Shown here piece after piece: positions 54,501 through 63,471 of a stretch of DNA of 64,000 nucleotides. The notes beneath the pieces were generated by a model. That model was not told where the DNA came from. It saw only the letters and a program-made list of their open reading frames with translations, and made no database searches. Position 1 is the first letter of the stretch, and each line of letters begins with the position of its first letter. Origin of the DNA: an uncultured Acidobacteriota bacterium (GTDB lineage Bacteria > Acidobacteriota > Vicinamibacteria > Vicinamibacterales > UBA2999); assembly GCA_963773045.1 (NCBI GenBank), contig CAVYZT010000013.1, positions 207,137 to 271,136 of the forward strand, in the 5' to 3' direction. Both the position numbers and the translations under genes were made by a program.

Positions 54501-55559
54501 ATGAATCGTCGCGCGTTCTTACAGACTGGACTGCTGGTGCCGTTGGCGATGCGGCACGCGGCTTCGGCGGCGACTGGCGTGTGGCGTTCGTTCGAGATCA
54601 CGTGCAAGCTCGAGATCAAGGATCCGGTCGGCCTCGTGCGGGCCTGGGTGCCGTTGCTGCTCGCGCGGACCGCGCCGTTTCAGCGGGATCGCGGGCACGA
54701 AGCCTCGGGCAATGCCGCTCGCACTCAAGAGATCCAGGATCCAGCGTCTGGCGCCCTGATGGTCGTGGCCGAATGGCCGCAAAGGGACGCGCCGCCGGCA
54801 CTGGCCGTGACAATGCGCGCCGAGACCACCGATCATCGAGTGGCGCTCGACGCGCCAGGCGCCGTCAGATCGAAGCCGCGCGATCTTGGCCGCTACCTGC
54901 GACCGACCAGGCTGATTCCGGTCGACGGCATCGTCCGCGAGACCGCCAGCCAGATCACCAAGGGACACGCCACCGATCTCTCTCGTGCGCGCGCGATCTA
55001 CGACTGGATTGTCGAGAACACCGTTCGCGATCCTGAGGTGAAGGGCTGCGGATTGGGTGACATTCGCGGCATGCTCGAAATGAAAAACCTGAGCGGCAAA
55101 TGCGCCGATCTCAACGCGCTCTTCGTCGGCCTGGCGCGAGCGTCGGGCCTGCCGGCGCGCGATCTCTACGGCATCCGCGTCGCGCCGTCGGCAGCCTCGC
55201 CCAGTCTCGGGCGCGGCGGCGGCAACATCACCACGGCGCAGCACTGCCGGGCCGAAATCTATCTCGATCGTTACGGCTGGGTGCCCGTCGATCCTGCCGA
55301 CGTCAGGAAGGTGATACTCGAAGAGCGGCCTCAGGCCGCGCTCAGCGATCCGTACATCGCCGGCGTTCGCGCGCGGCTGTTTGGCTCATGGGAAGGCAAC
55401 TGGATCGCCTTCAACGATGCGCACGATGTCGCCTTGCCCGGTTCAGCTGGTAAGCCTCTCCCGTTCCTGATGTACCCGCAGGCAGAGGCCGCGGGCACCC
55501 GTCGCGACAGCCTCGATCCCGATCGCTTCAAGTACGAGATCAGCGCGCGCGAACTGTAG
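54501..55559 (+). CDS. Tat-exported transglutaminase-like cysteine peptidase
   Basis: MNRRAFLQTG. Catalytic Cys in GKCADLNALFVGLARASG. His and Asp in HCRAEIY..GWVPVDPAD. Confidence 0.8.
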   Translation: MNRRAFLQTGLLVPLAMRHAASAATGVWRSFEITCKLEIKDPVGLVRAWVPLLLARTAPFQRDRGHEASGNAARTQEIQDPASGALMVVAEWPQRDAPPALAVTMRAETTDHRVALDAPGAVRSKPRDLGRYLRPTRLIPVDGIVRETASQITKGHATDLSRARAIYDWIVENTVRDPEVKGCGLGDIRGMLEMKNLSGKCADLNALFVGLARASGLPARDLYGIRVAPSAASPSLGRGGGNITTAQHCRAEIYLDRYGWVPVDPADVRKVILEERPQAALSDPYIAGVRARLFGSWEGNWIAFNDAHDVALPGSAGKPLPFLMYPQAEAAGTRRDSLDPDRFKYEISAREL

Positions 55560-55735
55560 GGTGCGACTGCGCGCACTGTAGCGAACCGTAGGGCGCCAAT
55601 TCCGCCTTCGCGCGAAGCGCTTCCGCCTTCGCAGATGCTTCGGCGGACCGCCGTAGCTTTAGCGGAGGCTGGTCGGCGGACCGCCTAGCCTTGGCGGAGG
55701 CTGGTCAGCGGCGCCAGAGGCTGCGAGTGACCCAT
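55556..55735. repeat. Orphan REP-like GTAGGG words followed by a 37-bp tandem duplication
   Basis: gtagggtgcgactgcgcgcac and gtagggcgcc. cggcggaccgccgtagctttagcggaggctggt / cggcggaccgcctagccttggcggaggctggt. Confidence 0.7.
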
Positions 55736-56051
55736 TCATGGAAAACGGATGCCGCGTTTGATACTTCAATTCGCCTTCTCTCGGGGCGGCGGCACGGTCT
55801 CCCCAGGAAGCCCAACTGGCATCCAACTTGAAATAGAAATGAGTGCCGGTAGTCCAGAGGCAAAGAACGCTTTGAAGTGGGTCACACCACCAAAACCGAA
55901 CTTGATCTTTGGGCTACCGGCATTTCCTTTCGGCGCGGCAGCCAGCTAGCCTAGCGCTTCTCGCTCCCTGCATCAGCAATCGCGATTCGTCTGCCGACAC
56001 CAGCCTGTTTCTCTAATGTGCCCTCTGAGAAGATGCGATCGAAGAGGTGGT

Positions 56052-56807
56052 ATGCATCGGGTCATCAATGGAATCGATCTGCATTGGGAGAGTGTTGGCG
56101 AAGGCGAGCCGCTGCTGTGGCTGCACGGGGCAATGGGATGCGGCGACGATTGGCGCTTTGTCTTCGACGAGCCGCCAGCCGGGTATCGATTGATCGCTCC
56201 GGACCTCCGCGGCCACGGCGCGTCGACGGGTCCATCTGGCTTGTTCACGTTCCGTCAGTGTGCGCAGGACGTACTCGACCTGCTGGCACACTTACGTCTC
56301 GATCGAGTCAAGGCGATTGGCGTGAGCGGCGGCGGAATCACCTTGCTGCATATGGCGACGATGCGGCCTGCCGCGATTGAGTCGATGGTGATCGTCAGCG
56401 CGCCACCATATTTCCCGGCACAAGCGCGCGCGATCATGCGGCAGTTCTCGGCGGCCGCGCTTGATGATGCCGCGATGACGCGCATGCGCGCGAGTCATCG
56501 CGGCGGCGAGCCACAGATTCAGGAGCTCCTCGCCATGGCCCGCGGGTTTGCCGACAGCTACGCCGACGTGAATTTCACCGAGCCGTCCCTCGCGGCCATT
56601 CAAGCGGAGACGCTGATCGTGTTCGGGGATCGAGACCCGCTGTATCCAGTGTCGCTGGCGCTCGACTTGCGGCGCGCCATCCCGCATTCGTATCTCTGGG
56701 TCGTGCCCAACGGTGGGCACGGGCCGGTGTTTGGCGACGCGGCGCCGGCGTTCCGGGCGATCGCGCTTCCATTCCTGCGCGGCGCATGGCGGTCAGGCAG
56801 TTCGTGA
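56052..56807 (+). CDS. Alpha/beta hydrolase
   Basis: GAGGTGG RBS. LLWLHGAMG. Nucleophile elbow GVSGGG. Late His in VPNGGHGP. Confidence 0.85.
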   Translation: MHRVINGIDLHWESVGEGEPLLWLHGAMGCGDDWRFVFDEPPAGYRLIAPDLRGHGASTGPSGLFTFRQCAQDVLDLLAHLRLDRVKAIGVSGGGITLLHMATMRPAAIESMVIVSAPPYFPAQARAIMRQFSAAALDDAAMTRMRASHRGGEPQIQELLAMARGFADSYADVNFTEPSLAAIQAETLIVFGDRDPLYPVSLALDLRRAIPHSYLWVVPNGGHGPVFGDAAPAFRAIALPFLRGAWRSGSS

Positions 56808-56893
56808 TCGGATCCTTCTGCGCTTTCGCGGCCCGCTTCGGTCCCGCGAGCCAGCCCAACGGCCGCGAATATACTGACGCGGGAGGTCTACTA

Positions 56894-57439
56894 ATGCGCT
56901 CATTCTTTGCGGTTCTTGCACTCGCTGTTCTGTCGTTCACCGCCGTGCCGACAGCCGATCAAGCCGGTGCACAAGCCACAGTCAAGCTCACCAAAGCGGC
57001 GGTGGCGGCCGAAGCCAAGACCGATCAACGCGACACGATGGCGCCGGAATCGGGCAAGCAGTTCCTGTGGGTGTCGGCGACCCTGTCGGGTGCCGCCCAG
57101 ACGATCGATCTGACGAAGGTGGCCCTGGCCGATGGCGCGGTCAGCTATCCACTCGTCGGCGTCGACAGCGTGTGGGATGGGGATCCGAATCAGTTTTCGA
57201 TGATCGCGCCGATCAAGTTGAAGACCGGCAAGGTGAGAGATCCGCTGGAAGAGACACGGTCGGTCGGCCCGATCGCCTTTGCCTTCACGCCGGGCAAGCT
57301 GGCGACGTTGAAGGTGATCGAGCCGCCGCAGTCGTTCTGTCTGCTCTTCCTCGTGCCGCAGGCGGTCCACGCGGGCCAGATCAAGGGGCTCACCGCGGCC
57401 GCGCTGGCGATTCCGGCGCTGCCGGCCGGCAAGCCATGA
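56894..57439 (+). CDS. Secreted hypothetical protein (DUF4352/Ig-like?)
   Basis: GGGAGG RBS. Signal peptide MRSFFAVLALAVLSFTAVP. GKQFLWVSATLSG beta-sandwich-like pattern. Confidence 0.45.
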   Translation: MRSFFAVLALAVLSFTAVPTADQAGAQATVKLTKAAVAAEAKTDQRDTMAPESGKQFLWVSATLSGAAQTIDLTKVALADGAVSYPLVGVDSVWDGDPNQFSMIAPIKLKTGKVRDPLEETRSVGPIAFAFTPGKLATLKVIEPPQSFCLLFLVPQAVHAGQIKGLTAAALAIPALPAGKP

Positions 57440-58509
57440 TCCGTTTCGCGCGTCTCGCCTCGCTCGTCGCCACGCTTGCCGTTGCTTTCGCCGGCGAAGT
57501 GTCGAGTGCAGGCGCGCAACCGGTGCGGCTGGAGTATCGCGTCGTGCAGGCAGCGCCTCGCGAGCTCCAACGCCGCATCGACGAAGCCGGACGCGAGGGC
57601 TTCGCCTGCGTCTCCGTCGCGCGGCCTGAGACGGACGTCAAACTCAACAGCGTCGTCGTCGTGCTCGCGCGGCCTTCGAGCACCACCGTAGCGCGCGCGA
57701 CGCATCGTGTCGAGCGCGCTGCCGGCAGCGGCAGCGATCTGCAGTCGCTGCTCGATCGGTCAGGCTCGGAGGGCTTCCACCTGTGCGGCGTCGCGTTGGC
57801 GGAGATTTCACCCTTCCCCGTCCTGGTCGCCGTGATGAGCCGTCCTGTCGATGGCGACACGGGCGCGTGGCACTACGCCGCCGAAGTCCTCGGCCAAAAG
57901 GATCGGCTGGCGAGGCTCGTGGCGAAGGCTCACGAGGGATTCGTGCCGGTAGCGGCATCGCCGGTCAGCGACAATCGCGTCGTCGAGATGCGCAACTGGA
58001 TCCTCGTGACCGAGCGGTCGGCGACCTCCACGGAACCGATCGATCTCGCCATCCGTTCCGGCCCAGGCCCCGACAGCGTGCAGCGCGCCATCGTCGAGCA
58101 GAGCAAGCAGGGGTACATCGCGAACCTGTTCTGGAAGGAAGGCAACACCACCATCGTCGTGGCCATGTCGCGATCGCCCGTCAATCCCACGGTGCGTCCG
58201 GAGTTTGTCGTCGAGACCATCGATCCGTCGAGGCTGGATGGGTGGCCTGGCGTCTACATCGGCGATGTGCCGTACCTCAGCGACGGCCAGCGTGTGGTGT
58301 TGACGATCAAGGACAGCTCGACCTCCACTTCCGTGGTGGAGGATCGGCTGCCGGTCATGGGCACGGTGGATTCTGCCGACATCAATGCCATGCGGCCGCT
58401 CGGTGAACATCTGTCGCGCAACCGGTATCGGTTGGCCAGGTCGAGCATTCGCCGGGGCAAGGACGGCAGTCTCGTGCTGCATACGGTGCTGACTCGACTT
58501 TCTCCGTGA
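57436..58509 (+). CDS. Secreted hypothetical protein with three internally similar modules (DUF4177-like?)
   Basis: ATGA overlap with the previous gene. Signal peptide. Recurring E[YL]..V......L....[EQ]..[KR][EQ]G[FY] modules. Confidence 0.45.
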   Translation: MIRFARLASLVATLAVAFAGEVSSAGAQPVRLEYRVVQAAPRELQRRIDEAGREGFACVSVARPETDVKLNSVVVVLARPSSTTVARATHRVERAAGSGSDLQSLLDRSGSEGFHLCGVALAEISPFPVLVAVMSRPVDGDTGAWHYAAEVLGQKDRLARLVAKAHEGFVPVAASPVSDNRVVEMRNWILVTERSATSTEPIDLAIRSGPGPDSVQRAIVEQSKQGYIANLFWKEGNTTIVVAMSRSPVNPTVRPEFVVETIDPSRLDGWPGVYIGDVPYLSDGQRVVLTIKDSSTSTSVVEDRLPVMGTVDSADINAMRPLGEHLSRNRYRLARSSIRRGKDGSLVLHTVLTRLSP

Positions 58510-60605
58510 TTGACGCGCGAGACCCACGTTCGGCCGAGCGCGGGCGCCGCCCTTCGACTTGGTGGCGTCGGATACTTCGACGCGACCAGCCAAGGGCAAG
58601 CTATCCGGGTGTCCTGCTGTGGGCCGCGTTCATCCTGACACCGCGGCCCTCGAGCGGCATCGTCGACGGCGTGCCCGTGGGCCCTATCGAAGCGGCCGCG
58701 CTTCTCGCGATCGGGTGGTTGATGCTCCAAGGCCGGCGACTGCCGGGCGCGCCCTGGGCCGCGGCCGCGCTTGCGGCGTCGATCGCGCAGGCCCTGGCGG
58801 CGCCAGAAGCTGGTGGACTCACCGCGAGGTACTACGCCACCGCCGATGCGACGGGCCCGGTCGAACGCAGCACGGAGTTTCGGGACGAGCCGTTCACCCG
58901 CGTTGACCGGACTCTCCAGTTCGAGCCGGCGCGCGCGGAGTTTCCGCTCGCATTCTTCAACGACCTTGGCCGGTTCAATTTCTATCAGCCCCACGAACCC
59001 AATCGGGAGCAGATGGCGTTCTCGGTGGTGTGGGATGGCTACTGGCGGGTCGAGACCGACGGCACGCCACGCGATCTGTATCTCGACGCACCCGGAGCGA
59101 GCGCTGAGCTGGTGCTGGATGGGATGCCGGTCGTGTCGGTCTCGCCGCTGGATGCCGCACACCTGGCGCGCGTGCAGCCAACCCGTGGGCGGCATGCGCT
59201 GCAGGTGCGATTCAGATCCCCGGCTGGGTCGCCGCGCCGGTTCTCAGCTGGCGAGCAGGTCGGCGACACACGCGAGCCGTTTGGCGCACCCACGGTGTCG
59301 ACGGCGGGCACCGAATCCTGGCGCGCGAGCGCGGCACCGATCGTCCGCATCATCGCGACCGCACTTGATGCCGGTGTACTTGGCTGGCTGTTCGCTCTCG
59401 TCGTATTTACGTTGCGCGATGACTGGCGGACGCAGGGCCGGGCTGTCATCGCGTCGCTGACGTTGATCGCCGCGATCGAAGCGCTCGTCTTCGCCACGCC
59501 CTGGTCGTGGCGGATGATGACGCTGGTCGGCGGCGACGACACCCTGACCTACGAATCCTACGCGCGCCAGATCCAGCTCGACTCGTTCCTGTTGGCGCAG
59601 GGTGGGGGAGAGCCGTTCTTCTACCAGGTGCTCTACCCCTACGTGCTGGCCGCGATGCACATGGTCTTCGGCGAGAGCATGTTCGGCCCGATGCTGGTGC
59701 AGCGGCTGCTGCTGGCGCTGCTCGTCTGGGCGATCGTCAGGATCGCCGTCCGCATCGGGGGGAACACGGTGTGGTGGTCCGCGCTCGCGTGCGGCGTCGC
59801 CTTCGCGTATTTCCTGATGGCGCCGATCTCAGGAAAGCTCCTCAACGAATCGCTCTTCGTTCCGTTCCTGACGGCATGGACGGCCGCCAATCTCAGCGTG
59901 AGCGTCTCGCCAACGCTCTGGCGCGCGATCGGCACCGGCTTGCTGGGCGGTGTGACGACGCTCACGCGGTCAACGGCGCTTCTCGCCTGGCCCGTTGCCC
60001 TGTCGATCGATTGGCTGTCGTGGAAGACGGTACCCAGGCGCGGGCGGTTCGTCGTGACGATGCTCGTCTGCTCATGCAGCGTGATGTCGGTGATTGCGCT
60101 TCGCAACTGGATTGTCTTGCACGAGTTGATCCTCATGCCGGGCGAGTTGCCGGTGACCCTCTACGGCGGCAATGAGCCGCCACCAGGCGTCACGGTCGCA
60201 GACGAGCCGCAACGCGCGATTTACGACTGGCTCGGGCTTCACCCGCTCACGAGGCGAGTCGTGGAGTACGCGCTGGTCGCGCCGCAGCCGTTCTTTCAGA
60301 ATCTCCTGAACAAGGCGCTGTTCGCGCTCGGTTATTTCGATCGGTATGCGCCGGGGTGGGGCTATTCGGTTGGCCTGCTCGTGATTGCCGTCGCGAGCAT
60401 CGCCGGTTTGCTGCTGACGATCCGCCATCCGTCTGCGCCGCTCGCAGTGGCGTTGATGCCCGCGCTCATCGCGCTGACGCAGTACGCTGCGGTGGTGATG
60501 GTCTATCCGAAGGGCATGCGGCTGATTCTCCCGTTTCACGCGCTGATGGTGCCTTACGCTGCCGTGGCGGCGAATGCGCTGTGGCGGCGTGTGCTTCGCT
60601 CCTAG
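58506..60605 (+). CDS. Polytopic membrane protein: PA14-like domain fused to a GT-C (ArnT/PMT-like) glycosyltransferase-type core
   Basis: GTGA overlap. GLTARYYATAD...FSVVWDGYWRV..G..DLYLDA..ASAELVLDG (PA14 pattern). GGDDTLTYESYA loop and more than 10 TM helices. Confidence 0.6.
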   Translation: MIDARDPRSAERGRRPSTWWRRILRRDQPRASYPGVLLWAAFILTPRPSSGIVDGVPVGPIEAAALLAIGWLMLQGRRLPGAPWAAAALAASIAQALAAPEAGGLTARYYATADATGPVERSTEFRDEPFTRVDRTLQFEPARAEFPLAFFNDLGRFNFYQPHEPNREQMAFSVVWDGYWRVETDGTPRDLYLDAPGASAELVLDGMPVVSVSPLDAAHLARVQPTRGRHALQVRFRSPAGSPRRFSAGEQVGDTREPFGAPTVSTAGTESWRASAAPIVRIIATALDAGVLGWLFALVVFTLRDDWRTQGRAVIASLTLIAAIEALVFATPWSWRMMTLVGGDDTLTYESYARQIQLDSFLLAQGGGEPFFYQVLYPYVLAAMHMVFGESMFGPMLVQRLLLALLVWAIVRIAVRIGGNTVWWSALACGVAFAYFLMAPISGKLLNESLFVPFLTAWTAANLSVSVSPTLWRAIGTGLLGGVTTLTRSTALLAWPVALSIDWLSWKTVPRRGRFVVTMLVCSCSVMSVIALRNWIVLHELILMPGELPVTLYGGNEPPPGVTVADEPQRAIYDWLGLHPLTRRVVEYALVAPQPFFQNLLNKALFALGYFDRYAPGWGYSVGLLVIAVASIAGLLLTIRHPSAPLAVALMPALIALTQYAAVVMVYPKGMRLILPFHALMVPYAAVAANALWRRVLRS

Positions 60606-60628
60606 CTCTCCCCGTATACTCTCGGCCG

Positions 60629-61069
60629 ATGCAGCTGCTCTACACGCTTCTTGGCTTCAATCGAGCGGGGAAGTTTCTCTATGGCGGGCTCATCTTGTTG
60701 GCGGGCCCGGCGCTCGCCTGGTGGTTCATCTGGCGTCCGAGCAGTCAGTTTCACGACGAGGATGAGCACTTGTTTCGCGCCGCGCGTCACGGCGACGTCG
60801 CCGGCATCGACCGGGCGCTCGATGCGGGCGCACGCGTCAACGCGGCCGCTCCCATCGATGGCAAGACGGCGATTTTTCGAGCAGCCGTGTTCGGTCACGC
60901 CGATGCCGTTCGCGATTTGCTGCAGCGCGGCGCCGATACGAATGCGCGCGGCAACGACGGCAAGACCGTGCTCGAGATCGTGACCAGTGTTCGATCGGAG
61001 GAACTGGATCCCGGTCGCGCCAATCGTCTCGCTGCGGTGGCGTCCGTGTTGGAGAGCGCGCAGCGATGA
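60629..61069 (+). CDS. Membrane-anchored ankyrin-repeat protein
   Basis: One TM helix (LYGGLILLAGPALAWWFIW), then LFRAARHGD...GKTAIFRAAVFGH...GADTNARGNDGKTVLE. Confidence 0.75.
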   Translation: MQLLYTLLGFNRAGKFLYGGLILLAGPALAWWFIWRPSSQFHDEDEHLFRAARHGDVAGIDRALDAGARVNAAAPIDGKTAIFRAAVFGHADAVRDLLQRGADTNARGNDGKTVLEIVTSVRSEELDPGRANRLAAVASVLESAQR

Positions 61070-61704
61070 CACGCCGGGCCATCATCCTCGTCTCCGTCGC
61101 GGTGGTCTCGTGCTCCCGGGTTCAGACGCCGCCATACGGAGGAGCGCCTGAAGAAGCGCTGGTGGCCGCGACGCTGGCGCACGACGCCGTGAAGGTGCAG
61201 CAGTTGCTTGCCGCCGGCGCCGATCCCAACAAGGCGATCACCTACAAGGCGCAGAGCCAATCGGCGTGGTCGTTGGCCTTGGAGCGGTTCACGCCGAAAC
61301 AGGACCGGCAGGCGCAGGTCGATATTGTCCAGGCCATGCTCGAGTCGGGTGCCGACCCGGAGGCCGCGTGGGGCACCAATGGTGGCGATTCCCCGCAAGA
61401 GCTCTCGAGCGTGGGACGACGGTCCTTCTCGTCCCGCTTGCCGTTGGAACTGGCCTTGTACAGCGGTGACCCCGCCGTCGTCGGCGCCATCCTTCGAGTC
61501 AAGCCCAACGCCGCTGGCGGCGAAACCGCATTGGTGATGGCGATTGAACGTGGGGAAACGGAAGTGGCCCACCTGCTGGTCGATGCCGGCGTGGACGTGA
61601 ATTCACACCGCGGCGCCAACACGCCGCTCGTGGCCGCGATCGAAGCGCGCGACGAGGCGATGATGACCTACCTCGAACAGCACGGCGCTCGAGAGAAGCC
61701 CTAG
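61066..61704 (+). CDS. Ankyrin-repeat lipoprotein
   Basis: ATGA overlap. Lipobox VAVVSC. ANK motifs (LLAAGADPN, GETALVMAIERGETEVAHLLVDAGVDVN). Confidence 0.75.
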   Translation: MTRRAIILVSVAVVSCSRVQTPPYGGAPEEALVAATLAHDAVKVQQLLAAGADPNKAITYKAQSQSAWSLALERFTPKQDRQAQVDIVQAMLESGADPEAAWGTNGGDSPQELSSVGRRSFSSRLPLELALYSGDPAVVGAILRVKPNAAGGETALVMAIERGETEVAHLLVDAGVDVNSHRGANTPLVAAIEARDEAMMTYLEQHGAREKP

Positions 61705-61932
61705 ACATCTTCTAAGCGACCGCAATCGTGACACTCGAAGCAAGTTTTCCGCGGCCGCAGAAGATGTCGCCCCGCGGAGCGGGGCAAAACAACACTGCCG
61801 CTAGCGAAGCGGAGCCGACGTGTTTTTCTGGGCGGTTTGAGGCGGAGCTTCGCTAGCGTGCCCCTAGCCGAATGGCTGGGGACGCTCACCCTCGTGTGCG
61901 AGTTTCATAGACAGCGCGACACTGGAGGGACC

Positions 61933-62574
61933 ATGACCAACGTTGGCGTTCTCGGATCGGGGCCAGTCGGCCAGGTCTTGGCCAAGGGCGTGCGGCAGCA
62001 CGGTTATCAGGCCAGGATCGGCAGCCGCGACGGATCGAAGCTCGACGCATTTTCAGCCGAGACCGGCATCGCGTCCGGCACGTTCGCGGACGTTGCCGCC
62101 TGGGCGGACACGATCGTCCTGGCGGTGAAGGGCACTGTCGCACTCGAGGTGCTTGCCGGCGCCGGCGCCGAACGGCTCGCCGGCAAGATCGTGATCGATA
62201 CGACGAACCCGCTCGCCGACGCGCCGCCGCAGGACGGAGTCCTGCAGCTGTTCACCGGGCCGAACGAGTCGCTGATGGAGCGGCTGCAGGATGCCTATCC
62301 CGCCGCCCGGTTCGTCAAGGCCTTCAGCTGCGTCGGCAATTCGCTCATGGTGGATCCCAAGCTCAGTGGCGGCCGCTCGGCGATGTTCATCTGCGGCAAC
62401 GACCGGGATGCCCGCGCTGAAGTGGGGAAGCTCGTCGGCCAGTTTGGCCACGACGTATGGGACATGGGGACCGCCAAGGCGGCCCGGGCCATCGAGCCGC
62501 TGGTCGTCTTATGGTGCATTCCCGGGTTTCTGCAGAACGATTGGACGCATGCTTTCGCGATGGTGCGCCCGTAG
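61933..62574 (+). CDS. NADPH-dependent F420 reductase-like NAD(P)-binding oxidoreductase
   Basis: GGAGGG RBS. Rossmann VGVLGSGPVGQVLA. ..IVLAVKG..., DTTNPL. Confidence 0.75.
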   Translation: MTNVGVLGSGPVGQVLAKGVRQHGYQARIGSRDGSKLDAFSAETGIASGTFADVAAWADTIVLAVKGTVALEVLAGAGAERLAGKIVIDTTNPLADAPPQDGVLQLFTGPNESLMERLQDAYPAARFVKAFSCVGNSLMVDPKLSGGRSAMFICGNDRDARAEVGKLVGQFGHDVWDMGTAKAARAIEPLVVLWCIPGFLQNDWTHAFAMVRP

Positions 62575-62634
62575 TCCGCCTTGGACACAAGCAACCAATG
62601 CGGTGCCGCAGTGCGGGCGGCCGCATCGAGGATG

Positions 62635-63384
62635 TCAGCCTGCGGCGCTCGTGGCGGAGCGAGAGACCGGCCTGATGTGGGCGAACATGCTGCGGGCGTT
62701 CCAGGTTGGGAAGGCTCTGACCAGCGACGGAAGGCCGTCGAGTTGGATGCGGCCGTCGCGGGTGGCCTGGGCCCAGGTGAGCTGGCCGGCGTGCCATTTG
62801 ACGAAGGCTTCGGCGTCCGCCGTGATGTAGAGGTCCTCGTCGAGGCCGGGGTATGTCTTGCAGATCTCGGTGTCTCCGAGCTCGATGAGTAGCCAATAGC
62901 GCTCACGGTGTGGGCGGCCGGTCCCACCTTCGCGCGACGCGCTCCGGCAGGCAAGGAAGTCGAAGCGGATGACCACGCGTCGATCCGGTAGCCGGTCTCG
63001 GCGGAGCGCGTGGCACATCGACCATAGGGCCACAAAGGGGTCGAGATTCTCGGGGGCGATCTCGAGCCAACGCGCACCCCACTCGCCGAGCGACTGGCAG
63101 ACCGCGAAGAGATCGTGTCCCGCAGACGTGAGCTCGTAGTGGTGCCCGCGCCCGTCGGGTTTGAGTGCCGAGTCGACGACACCGAGCCGTTGGAGCTGCT
63201 TCAGCCGCTGTGAGAGCAGGGTACGCGAGAGTCCGGGCGCGCCCTCCAGGATTTCACTGAAGCTTCCGCAGCCAAGGTACAGGTTGCGGATGATCAGCGG
63301 CGTCCAGCGCTCGGCGAAGATCTCCGCACCACGGGCGATGGGGCAGTACTGGCCGTACGTCCTCACAACGCCAGTGTTTAACAC
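62635..63384 (-). CDS. HxlR-family transcriptional regulator with C-terminal extension
   Basis: YGQYCPIARGAEIFAERWTPLIIRNL...FSEILEGAPGLSRTLLSQRLKQLQRLGVV. Confidence 0.8.
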   Translation of the reverse strand: MLNTGVVRTYGQYCPIARGAEIFAERWTPLIIRNLYLGCGSFSEILEGAPGLSRTLLSQRLKQLQRLGVVDSALKPDGRGHHYELTSAGHDLFAVCQSLGEWGARWLEIAPENLDPFVALWSMCHALRRDRLPDRRVVIRFDFLACRSASREGGTGRPHRERYWLLIELGDTEICKTYPGLDEDLYITADAEAFVKWHAGQLTWAQATRDGRIQLDGLPSLVRAFPTWNARSMFAHIRPVSRSATSAAG

Positions 63385-63471
63385 CCGGCTTCGGTTGTGA
63401 AGTCCAGATTCTTGACTTCACCGGCTGCGGTCCGCCGTGGTCCGATGTGGCCATCAAGAGAGGAGGACCCA

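Noticed and set aside
55749-55949. 66-aa ORF in the lower-GC island
   Set aside because: No RBS, no recognisable motif, and the composition is atypical for this genome's coding DNA. It is kept only as part of the island finding.
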